From contig CAWACW010000002.1 in assembly GCA_963780635.1 (NCBI GenBank), forward strand, positions 24,667-88,666: DNA of 64,000 bases, given 5' to 3'. The notes under the pieces were generated by a model, which worked only from the letters and a program-made list of their open reading frames with translations, did not search any database and was not told where the DNA came from. The DNA is from Candidatus Melainabacteria bacterium. GTDB lineage: Bacteria > Actinomycetota > Actinomycetes > Mycobacteriales > Pseudonocardiaceae. Of this stretch, positions 1 to 9,900 are shown one piece after another (position 1 is the stretch's first letter; every line of letters begins with the position of its first letter). The position numbers were made by a program, and so were the translations under genes.

Positions 1-448
1 TGTCGTCGACGCCGCCGGTGTTGGCGCCCGCCGCATGGAAGGCCTCGCGCATGTCGCGGATGACCGGGGCAGGCAGCTCCCCCACCTCGAACCCGACGAG
101 GAACCCGGATCGGGTCAACCGTCGCACGGCATCGGCGAGTTGGTCGGTCACGCTGCGGTAGAACGTCGGCGGCACCTGCGCGGCGGTTCCGAACAGCCTG
201 CAGTCGGTGTCAGGCAGCACGAGCTGGACCCCGTCGCGGGAGCTGTGACGCCACGTCCACTGGGTGTCTGCGCCCACCAGGGCTTGCGCGATCGGGCCAT
301 GTTGGTCGACCGTGCCCGCGACCATCGCTGGGTCGTGGTCGGCGGAGAACCGCAGCGTCACCCGGGGCGCGTCGGGCTGCTCAGAAGTGACATCCGGCAG
401 CGCAGTGTGTGGGGTCCGGTCAACGCCAGGGGGTGCCGTCGTGATCAC
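1..448 (-). CDS. hypothetical protein, 5' part only (gene runs off the left edge)
   Basis: The minus frame opened by GTG at 448..446 stays open to position 1 with strongly G/C-ending codons (..VTLRFSADHDPAMVAGTVDQHGPIAQALVG..FLVGFEVGELPAPVIRDMREAFH..). It is absent from the ORF track only because no stop lies in the window. Confidence 0.4.
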   Translation of the reverse strand, partial: MITTAPPGVDRTPHTALPDVTSEQPDAPRVTLRFSADHDPAMVAGTVDQHGPIAQALVGADTQWTWRHSSRDGVQLVLPDTDCRLFGTAAQVPPTFYRSVTDQLADAVRRLTRSGFLVGFEVGELPAPVIRDMREAFHAAGANTGGVDD

Positions 449-2270
449 CTGCGGTCTCCGGACCGACTGGCCCGGTTGCGGGGTGAACATCGACTGGCGT
501 GGCCAGGTCTGAATCCATGGCGTCGGCCGTAGTGACGGACCCGCTCGGCAAGGCCGGCTGTGCGGTGGGCGCGCTGGTCTCGTGAAGGTCGACCCGTTCC
601 GCCTGGGCGGTGACGGTCGGGACCTGCTCGGCGTCCGCCGACGAGGTGAGGTAATCGCCGGGGCTGGCGAGGTTGGCCAGTTCGGCGACCCGCTCGACCA
701 GCTCCCAGGCTCGCGTGCCGTCAACGGTGCGGTCATTGACGAGCACCAGCCGCCGCTCGTGGTCGACCTGGATGTGGAACGGGTGGCGGCGCCGGGCGGG
801 GGGCAAGACCACGGCCTGGTAGCCCTGGGCGGCCAGCGCGTTGGCCGCCGCGGTGACCCACCACTCGGAGGTCGTCTCCCAGCCTTCCTCGGTCGCCGTG
901 TAGCTGCGGGCAGTCTCAGGGTTGGTACTAACCAGATCGCCGAATCGATGCCAGGCCTCGGGGTAGTGCCCGCCTGCGGCCTCGGTCCGCGCCAGCGCGA
1001 TGCGACCCTCGGTGACGGCCTCGCGGAACAGCCGCAGTTCGGCGGGGCTCAGTGGCGCGGCCTCGGGGATGGCCAGCCTCGTCCCCAGGTCGGCGGTGGG
1101 GAAGAGCGTGTCGGGCATGGGGTCCTTCGCCGCCGTGGCGCTCGGGTCATCCGGTCGGGTACGGCCGGGCAACTCACACAGGTAGGGCAGTCCGGCGATG
1201 TCGGCCGGCGACAACTCGGTCGTGGGTCGGTTGGCGAACAGCGAGGGCGCGCTGGGTTCGGCCGCGATCCGCCTAGACAGCCAGCGCACGCGCTCCCGCA
1301 CCGGCTGGTTCCCCTCCAGCCGCCACTGTTGGCCTGCTGCGGCGTCACCGTGTGCGTCACTGTCCTGGGCCCAGACGGTGTTGTCGTCGGTGGCATCGGC
1401 GATCAGGCCGCTACGGTCGGCGAGGCTGGTCAACTGCAGCCACCGGTGGTGCCACTGGTCGTCGGTGGTCTGGGCGTCTGCGGTGCGCAGCGCGGCGTCG
1501 CGGCCTCGCACCGCGTCGACGGTGGCTGTGGCCATGGCGAGGACGGCGTTGATCGCGCCCTGCCTGCTGCCGGTGGTCCACACCGGTGGGATGGCGATCA
1601 GCCGCCTGTCGTGGTCGACCTCGACGGCCCCCGTGGTCGAATTGAGCGCGATCAGCCCGGCCTGCGCGGCCACGTCCTGCACGGCACTCCACACCTCGTG
1701 GTCGTGGCGGTAGGTGCGGGCTGGTCCGTCGTGCCGCTGCAGTGTCCACGCGATCAGCGCGTCTGGATCGGTTGTGTCGGGCAGTGCGAGCGGCTCGCCG
1801 GCCATCGTTTCGGTGACCGTGGGCAGCCTGCCGTCGGTGAGCGCCTGGAGCAGGCGGGCGTCGGGGTCGCTGCCGGCGTCCTGGGCTGTGAGATCGGCGA
1901 GGGCTTGTTCGAGGGTGACGATCGCGTCGATCGGCCCACGCTGTGCGCCGATGGTGATGCTGTGATCGTCGGCGGGCCGTAATGCGTCCTTGCCGTCGGC
2001 GATGACCACGGAGCGGTCCAGGGCGCGGGCGTAGTCGATCAGCAGCCGCCACCGGTGTTCCAATTCGGGGCGGGTCAAGGGCATCAGGTCGGAGAATCGT
2101 TGGGTATGTGCCGGACTGTGGGCCATCGGGCCCAGCAGCCGCAGGCCGGCGAGGTCGAGGGTCGCGGCCTGGCTGGCGTCCTCGGCGGCGCTGTGGTCGG
2201 CGGGGGTCTGAGGGAGCGCCTGGGGTTCCACCGTCTGTTCGGCCGGGTTGACTACGGGTTCCCTGATCAC
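420..2270 (-). CDS. hypothetical protein (about 616 aa), conjugative-element cargo
   Basis: Credible part of ORF 420..2678. GTG at 2270..2268 overlaps a TGA (2269..2267) in another frame, a GTGA coupling signature. The tracked ORF upstream of this point is Arg/Gly/Pro shadow. No family recognised. Confidence 0.5.
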   Translation of the reverse strand: MIREPVVNPAEQTVEPQALPQTPADHSAAEDASQAATLDLAGLRLLGPMAHSPAHTQRFSDLMPLTRPELEHRWRLLIDYARALDRSVVIADGKDALRPADDHSITIGAQRGPIDAIVTLEQALADLTAQDAGSDPDARLLQALTDGRLPTVTETMAGEPLALPDTTDPDALIAWTLQRHDGPARTYRHDHEVWSAVQDVAAQAGLIALNSTTGAVEVDHDRRLIAIPPVWTTGSRQGAINAVLAMATATVDAVRGRDAALRTADAQTTDDQWHHRWLQLTSLADRSGLIADATDDNTVWAQDSDAHGDAAAGQQWRLEGNQPVRERVRWLSRRIAAEPSAPSLFANRPTTELSPADIAGLPYLCELPGRTRPDDPSATAAKDPMPDTLFPTADLGTRLAIPEAAPLSPAELRLFREAVTEGRIALARTEAAGGHYPEAWHRFGDLVSTNPETARSYTATEEGWETTSEWWVTAAANALAAQGYQAVVLPPARRRHPFHIQVDHERRLVLVNDRTVDGTRAWELVERVAELANLASPGDYLTSSADAEQVPTVTAQAERVDLHETSAPTAQPALPSGSVTTADAMDSDLATPVDVHPATGPVGPETAGDHDGTPWR

Positions 2271-4113
2271 CGGTTCGAGGGTGGCCGGTTGGTGGTGCTG
2301 CTTCCGCAGTCGCCAGTGGGTCCGCGGTGAGATCCGCGTCGCCGTCCTGCTCGGTCTGGATTCTGGTGATCGCATCGTTGAGCAGGTCGAGTAGCGAGTG
2401 CCAGGCGCGGTGCCGCTCGGGCCACCGGTCGTCGGCGTGGTCGCCGGTGATGTAATCGGGGTGCCACTGCTCGGGATGGGGCCACAGCTCGTGCGGCCGC
2501 TGCAACCACTGCCACGGCGGTTCGGGCAGGGTGTCGGCCCACGCGGTGATCTCGGCTCGCCTGCGATCGGTGCCGACCAATGCCGCCAGTTCCTCCCAGC
2601 GCAACATGCGCGCCGGGGTGCGGTCCCACCCCGACCGCTCGCCCCGCTCGTGCGCGCCCGCGCCCCACTCGTGCGCATCCTCGAATCGGAGACCGTCCTT
2701 GCTCACGCAGTACGCCCAGTCGCCACTCAGCCTCGGATTGCGGGTGTCGCGGTCGCCCCGGGATCGCAGGGCTAGGACGACTTCCAGTGCTTCGGGCACC
2801 GAATCCCGCAGGCAGATCAGGGCGTCGCGGCGGCGTTGTTGAGCGTCCCGGTAGGGCTCTGCGGGCGCCGCTGCACGGGCCCGTCGGGACGAGCGCGGGG
2901 CGCGGTCGGAGTCCGACACAGGGAACAGTGCCTGGCCGGGGTCCTGGGCGCCGTCGGCGTCGTGTTGTGGGGTGGCGGGCCCGGGGGTCGCCGCGGGTAG
3001 TTGCGTGGCCGATGCTTCGGTGGGAGTGGCCCGCAGGAGGGCGATCACGTCGTGGCGGGCGTCGTCGGCTCGGTGGCCGGCGATCCGCATCGCCGTCAGC
3101 ACGGCCTCGCGGATGCGGCCGGCGTGCGCGGGGTGCTCGATCCACTCGTCCGGTATGTCGATGGGGTCGGCATCATCGCGGCCCTGCACGGCCAGGTCAG
3201 CCCTGACCTGTCCGGCCGTGGCGGTGAATCGGATCTCGACCTCACCCCAGGTGAGGTGGTTGGCCCGGACGAGGTTGCGAATCTCGTCCGGGTGGTCGGC
3301 CGGGTTCTTGCCTTCGCGGGCGCAGCGTGCGAAGAAGGCCAGCGTGGTGTCGGTGGTCTGCTCGTTGAGCTGGGTGCTGATGACCGGGGCGGGGATCCGG
3401 AATTGAGGTCCGCGGTCGGTGACGGTGGTGGCGTAGGCGGTGCCGATCAGGTCCAGGGTGGTGGCCCGGTGGAACAACCTGCCTGCGGTCTCGACATCGG
3501 CGCTGGGTGCGGCGTCGGAATCCAGCCGATCCATCAGCAGTGTGCGCGCCTGGTCGTTCGCGCGCTCGCGGTGCGCGACCAACTGGTCAACCAGATCGGC
3601 CAGTTCCAGCACTTCCTCGACGCCGGGCAGTGTGTCCGGGGTCCGCAGTGTGCGCGTGTGGTGGTCGATCGTGGACGCGGCCAGGTCCGGCTGCGGGCTC
3701 CAGGTGTAAGTGGTGGCGGCCATGACGCGGCGCAGCTCGTCGCGCAGCCGCTCCAGGCCACGTTCGAAGCGGGACTGTGCATCCTGCCAGTTCAGTGCCA
3801 GCCTTCGCATCGCCTCCGGGTCATCGCCGGGGCGGATCCGGCCCTCAACCTGGGCGGCGACCACTTCGTCGGGAATCCGCAGGTGCGCCAGCTGCTCCAG
3901 CGTGTCCTCGGGCAGGTCGTGCAGGTCCAGCAGGACCGGCACATCGGCCAACCACAGGCGGGACACCGCGCTGTCGATCCGGTAAACCAGGCGATGCTGG
4001 AAGCGGCCGCGCCCGGCGCCCGGCCCATGGTCACCACGGGTGCGGGCCAGTGCCCACGCCGGCTGCCCGCCCTGCGGGGTGTCGACGGTGCGCGTGGTCC
4101 CACTCCCCTTCAT
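2267..4113 (-). CDS. hypothetical protein (about 610 aa); 3' end needs a frame change near 2300
   Basis: Credible middle of ORF 1411..4503 (..LVYRIDSAVSRLWLADVPVLLDLHDLPEDTLEQ.. to ..WHSLLDLLNDAITRIQTEQDGDADLTAD..). Downstream of about 2300 that frame becomes pure Arg/Pro shadow with no stop until 1411. The protein therefore either shifts to the frame stopping at 2267 or fuses to the 420..2270 gene. The ATG at 4113 overlaps the helicase 3' end. Confidence 0.45.
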
Positions 4114-6186
4114 CGGCGGCGAGCAACTCGGCGATCCCGTCACGGTCTTCGGCCCCCAGCAGCAGCAGGCCGTGGGCGTGGGAGTAGTGCACGGTGACTG
4201 GGGCGGGTACGGCCGCTGCTGCACTGGCTGCGGTCGGTTCGGCCGCGTCGTGAACGGCCGGTTCGCTGTCGCTGTCGTGTGCGGGCGCCTCCACGGTTGG
4301 CCTGGCAGTGTCCGGCTGCGGCGCGGAGGACACGGTGCTGGCTTCCTCGACGGTCTCCGCGTGAGCAGCCTGCGCCTGCTGGACGGCCGCGCCCGCCGTG
4401 CGCGACGACCCGGCCGCGAACTCGACGATCCACGCCAGCGACCCCAATTCCACGGCTCGCTTGGCGCGGGTGACGGTGACGTAGGCCAGCCGAATTTCCT
4501 CATCGGCGGGCAGCATCTCTTCGCCGCTGTCGGGGTCCTCGGTCGGGCCGTGGAAATCGTCGGCGATCCGCACGGCGTCCCACTCGCGGCCCTTGGCCTT
4601 GTGCGCGGTGGACACGACGAGCTCGGCGGCGCGCTGCGGATCGGTCACCTCCTCGTCGACCAGCCGCTTGGCCATCGCGATCAGGCCCTCGGGCCGGTGC
4701 TTGTCGATCAACCGGAGGAACATCCTCAGCGACGCCTCGTCGGGATGTTCGTCCACGTAGTCCTGGACGTCGTGCCAGGAGGCGAACATGCTTAGGTCGG
4801 GGTGGTTGGTCCGCAGGCCTTCCTGCAAGTTCTGAGCAGCCTTCGCGATCTTCTCGATCTCATCGCCGCCGCCCACCAGCGCGACGCGTTTCCCTTCGTC
4901 CATCGCCTCGATCACGGTTGCGACGGCGGCGGCGTTGGTCCGGCAGAGCACCGCGTCGGGGCGCTCCACAACGCCGATGTGGGTGTCGAGGCCGGGATTG
5001 CCTTCCAGTTCGAGGGGGGCGTACAGAAGGCTGAGGAACTTGTTGCCCAGCTCGGCCACCGCGGGGCCGAATCGCCACGACTGGGTCAATGGCAGCGTGA
5101 TGTCGGCAGGCCACGAGGTGAGGAAGTCACGGGCACCGGTGAATCCATAGATGGACTGGTACGTATCGCCGACGACGACGAGCTGGGCGTTCTGTTCTTG
5201 GACCAGGCGTGCCTGGACTTCGTTGACGTCCTGGACTTCGTCGAAGATGATCACGTCGCCGGGGATGGTGGGGTGACCCAGCGCCCAGATCTTGCGGTAG
5301 TCGTCGTGCGTGAACGGCAACCGCGCCACGTCGGCGGGGGCGGTTTTGTCGTCCCAGATCCGGCGGGCGTAATCCAGCACGAGGTCGTCCAACCCGCCGG
5401 GGTCCGCAGGCCCGTCGCCCGTAACGTGCGCCATGACCAGTTCGGGGGCGGCGCTTTCACGGAATTTCTTGACGGCTGCCAGGGCCATCGCGATCACCCG
5501 GACGACCTCGATGGGATCCTGCAGGGTGCCGTAGGTCAGTATGTCGTCTTCGCCGTGTCCCAGGCCTTCGGCGACCTGCTTGGGGTAGCCGTCGCCTGGC
5601 GCGACTGTGTCGAGCTTCGGGGCCGTAGCGCTTGCTCGATCGCAACGCCTGCCGGGCGAAGGCGTGCATGTGTCGGCGGTGACGTTGCGCGGGAAACTGG
5701 CTTTTGCTTCGTCGGCGATGGACCGGTTGAAGGCAATGTAGGTGATCTTCAAATCGGGCAGAGCGCGGCGAGCATGCGCATGGTGGAGGTTTTACCGGTT
5801 CCCGCGAGAGCACGCACGGCCACGCTCTGGCCCGCTGCGCAGGCGTCGAGGATCGCTTGCTGCTGTGGCGTTGGCGGGTAGGCGGGTGCCCGGGTCTGTT
5901 CGTCCAATCGGGACAGGAGCGCGCGGATCGCGTCAACGGCGTCGTCGCGGCGTGCCTTGTGCGGCCGTTCGTGTCGCCATATTTCCTGCTTGGGTTTCCA
6001 GTTGAATCCGTGGGCTTTCAGCGCCTCACGTAGTTCCTTGGGGTCGCGGCTGCGGTCGGTTCCGGACACCGTCGCGGACTTACCGACCTTCTCGACCTTG
6101 ATCCGGTTCGACCACGTGTCGGCTGCGCCGCCGGCCGTGGTGGCTGGCGAGGCGTGCTCGGCAGCCACCGAGGAAACGTCGGGCAC
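4031..6186 (-). pseudogene. UvrD/Rep-type superfamily-1 DNA helicase, split by a frameshift at about 5750 as assembled
   Basis: ORF 5749..6186 ends ..VRALAGTGKTSTMRMLAALCPI* (Walker A). ORF 4031..5752 continues LKITYIAFNRS.., IIFDEVQD (DExx), VVGDTYQSIYGFTGA and STAHKAKGREWDAV (UvrD_C-like). The junction lies in a TTT/AAA run at 5751-5753. Confidence 0.8.
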
Positions 6187-6710
6187 TGGGAGGGGTCGCC
6201 TGCCGGTTGCCCAGTTGGCGCTGCGCCGGGATCCGTCGCGCCCTGGAGAGGCTCGGCGGCTGGATCGGGCAAAGCGTCTGACTGGTCGGGCTGAGCCGCG
6301 TCGAAGGCTGGCAGATCGGCTGTTTCGGCGTCATAGCCGGCGGCGAGCGCCCGATGCTCCGCGGATGGAGCTCGACGATCACACCCGCCGTGCCCGGAAG
6401 GTGTTCGGGAACCCGGGTTTCTGCCCGGGTGAGGTGGAACTCGGCGTCCTGTTCGCGGTGCTGGCCCGCACCGCTGGATCGCGTAGTTGATATCGGTCTT
6501 TACGAAGCGCGCGTTGTGCGGGCCGGTGAACGTGTAGGACAGCAGCTGTGCCAGCCGGCGGGCCCCGTCGGGCACGCCCGTGGCCACGTCGAAGACCTGC
6601 GCTGGGACATCGCCGCGGTAGATCCCCAGGTGGCCCCCGGCGTGGCGCAGGTCGATTGGCTCCCCGGTGGCGGTGTAGGCGATCGGCTCTCCGGTAGCGG
6701 TGAGCGGCAC
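6018..6710 (-). CDS. hypothetical protein; only the 5' portion looks coding and it may be the true N-terminus of the helicase gene
   Basis: GTG at 6710 (MPLTATGEPIAYTATGEPIDLRHAGGHLGIYRGDVPAQVFDV..). Near 6190 the plausible reading (..AGDPSQ) jumps by one base into the frame of MPDVSSVAAEH.. at 6186. The rest of the tracked ORF is Arg/Pro shadow. Confidence 0.35.
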   Translation of the reverse strand: MPLTATGEPIAYTATGEPIDLRHAGGHLGIYRGDVPAQVFDVATGVPDGARRLAQLLSYTFTGPHNARFVKTDINYAIQRCGPAPRTGRRVPPHPGRNPGSRTPSGHGGCDRRAPSAEHRALAAGYDAETADLPAFDAAQPDQSDALPDPAAEPLQGATDPGAAPTGQPAGDPSQCPTFPRWLPSTPRQPPRPAAQPTRGRTGSRSRRSVSPRRCPEPTAAATPRNYVRR

Positions 6711-6980
6711 GATCAGTACGGGGACGTCTGGTACGGCGGGCTCGGCCAGGCAGGCGTAGTCCGCGCCGTCGACCCGGTGCTGCGCGAGGCTCAGGTCGTG
6801 ACGGCCTGCCAGCTGTTCTAGTTCGGCGACATTAACCGGGCTGGCGGGCTGATCGGCCTGTGTGTCGGTGGTGGTGGCCTCGCCCTCGGGCGGACGCCGT
6901 AGCGCCGGCTCGGTGTCCTGCCATGGAAGGGCCGATGCGTCGGGCTGTCGGGCACCGGTGGGCCCGGTGGGAGCGGCGCG

Positions 6981-9900
6981 TCAGCGCAGGCCGCGGATCA
7001 GGTGATCGCGGGCCAGCGCGGCCGTGGCCTCCGCGTTTCGGATCGCCTCGGTCAGCGCGCCCAGCGTCTCGGAGGCCTGCGCGTCAACCGAGGCGGGCAG
7101 TGGCAGCCAGGGCGGAGTGCTGCTGGCCGCTGTCGGGGGTGAGCTGTGCGTAGGCCCTGGTCGGTCGTCGGTGAGTGTGATGTGCAGGTTGTCGCAGACC
7201 ATCGGGCGGACCTGGTACGCCGGCCCAGGTCGTCCAGGTCGCCGTCGGCCGCCAGTTCGTCGCCGTTGCGCGCTATCAGGTGTGGGTCGGGACTGGCGGC
7301 GGCTTCAGCGATCCCGCGCCATGCGCCGGTTTCCTGTATCCGATCCAGCGCCCAGCCGGGCGGCCGGGCCGTGCAGGCCGGCTCGGACGACTTGCCGGGC
7401 CAGGCCGAGATGGGCGCCCGGGTCGCGGGCGTTGTCGGAGTTGAGGAGGCGTCGATGAGGTCGGTGGCAACGGCGGTGTTGGCCGCCTCGCGCGCGTCTT
7501 CCACGTGTGCGGCGAGAGTCTGCAGTTCGTCTGAGACGTCGTCGCCGGCGTCGGTGAGCACCACTGGCGATGTGGGTCGACTCCGCCCAGACCGGCGTGG
7601 TCACGGCGCTGGTGCTGCCAGCCGGCGTCGGCCAGCTCGCGGCGCAGCGCCGACCATTGCTCGTCAAGGTCGGTGCCCGCCAGCGCGTCTAGGACGGTCT
7701 GCCCGGCCTGTTCGCCGCCGCCCAGCGTTGGTGTGGCGTCTTTCGGCGGGGGCTGTAGTTCACGCGGTGTGTCCTCGTCATCGGCGAGCTGGACGGCGCG
7801 CCGGGCGGTGCCCAACGGGGCGAGTTGGCTGCGTCCTTTCCAGTCGGGTGTCCCGACTTCGCGCCACACGTCCAGGGCGGCGTGCATGCTGGGGCGTTGC
7901 TCGGCGCTGACCGGGCGGACGATCTCGGTGTACCAGCCGGCGAACCGGTTGGCCGCGGGCGAGGTGCATCCTCCCCGCCGGGCCAGGTCCACGGCTTCCT
8001 CGGTCAACGCCTCGAACTCGCGGCGGCGGGCTTCCTCGCGTTCGCGCCGTGCGATCGCTTCCGGGGAGTTGCTGTCCTCGTTGGGATCCCAGGTCTCGTC
8101 CTCCGGGCTGAGCTGCTCGATCAGTTCGTTGCGGCGGGCGACGACCTCGGCCAACCGTTGCACCCCGGTGAAGGGTGTGCCGATCGCCGCCTCCGCGGTG
8201 GCGATCTTCTCGTGCTCCTCGTGGATCTGCGCGCGGGTCCGATCGCCGGCGTCGGCAATGAGTTTGAGCTGGTTCTGCAGGCGGATCACCAGCCCGGTGC
8301 CACCGGGTAGGGCGTCGGCCAGGACGAAGCCGGCGGTGTTCTCCCGCGCGTCGGGGAAGGAGACGGTGAACCGATCCCGCGGATCCCGCAGCGGGTAGCA
8401 GGTCGCGTCGACCGTCAGTCCACCGATGACCCCGATCTGGTTGGTCAGGCCCTCCTTCGTGCGCGGCGCGGTCACCAACAGGGTGTGAAACTGCTCGCGC
8501 AGCGCCTCGGCGGCCTCGCTGCGTTTGGTGAACGTCCGCGACCCGACGTCCATGGTGAAGGTGTCGCCGTCGATGCTGACCAGCTGGCTGGCTGCCGCGT
8601 CTTGCCGCTCGGCCTGGGCCTGCAGCCGCGGGATACATTGCAGGCTGTGGGTGCGGGACAGTTTCAGGGCCTGCTGGCTGCGGCCGTGACTGGACTGCTG
8701 GCGGGTGAGGGTCTTGAGTTCCGCGTCGAGTTCCGCCTTCTCCTTGTAGCGCGGGTCCCCGGTGGCGGCGGCCATGACGTCGGCGAGGCTCTGTCCCTCG
8801 TCGTTGGGCAGTTCGCGTGAGCGTCCGGGTGGCTCTGGCGCGTACAGAGCGGAGAACATCGCCTGCTTCTGGGCGGTGATCTCCCACTTCTTGGCGTCCA
8901 TCGACGGGGCCAGCACGACCCGCTTCCAGAAGTACTCGCCGTTCTGGTTGCCCTGCCGTTTGACACGGCCGATCGCTTGGGCCGGGATGTCGGGTCGCCA
9001 CTGTCCGGTGATCTCGTAACCGCCGATCAGTCTGTCTTGGATGTTCAGCCCGGCGCCCATCTTCATGGTGGAGCCCAGCAGCACGGCCACGCCGCCTTCG
9101 CGGGCGCCGGAGAGCAGATCGGCCAGGCGTTGAGGCGATCTGCCTTCGTGGATGAACCGGATGAGTGCCTCGTTCATGCCGCGGGCGACCAGTCGCTCCC
9201 GCAGTTCGGTGTAGAAGTTCCAGTGCGGTGACGGCGTGGACTCGTCGCAGAACACGAGCAGGCATCCGCCGCGCACCGGGTGCTCGGTACCGTCGTCGCG
9301 GTAATAGACGTTGTCCTTGGCCAACAGATATTCGCGGTAGATGTCGTCGGCGACCTCATCGACCTTCTGTGGTTGGTCGGTCGTGATGCCCACGGTGCGC
9401 AGATCGGTGGCGGCCAGCTGGCCATCGTGGGAGATCCACAGGAAGTTGTCCGAGCCCTTCTCCGGTTTGCCGGTCAACTGTCGTTCGCGGCGGGCCAGAT
9501 CGAGTGTGAAGATGCTGGCTTGTTCGGAGGCAGACACCTCGATGATCTCGATGTTGCCATCGCGCAGGGCCGGCAATTTCAGGCCCAGTTCCGCCTGCAT
9601 CTTGACGTCGCTGGTCAACCGCAGCGACCACCACAGTTCGGGTTCGTTGATCGGGCGCCGGGTGCGGGTCTTGGTGCGCAGCTTGTTGCCTGGCGCCATC
9701 TCCATGTACTGGGCGACGGTGACGTAGGTGCGGGCCCACTCATCGAACCGGGGCATGCGGTGGCCCAGCCGCCGCTGCCACAAGTAGATCTCGGAGTATT
9801 TGCCGGTCCACGGGGTCGCGGTGGCCAGCACGGCGCGCGCCGTGCCGTGGGTGTCGTGCAGGTAGCCCAGCTTCATATCCAGGTCGATGGCCCGGTTGCT

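Noticed and set aside
582-1982. Long plus-strand ORFs opposite the minus-strand genes (582..1982, 3001..4197, 4802..5881, 12178..13419, 19671..20564 and similar)
   Set aside because: They are Arg/Gly/Pro/Val-rich with no motifs and lie antisense to ORFs that have clear motifs and high GC3. These are typical high-GC shadow ORFs.
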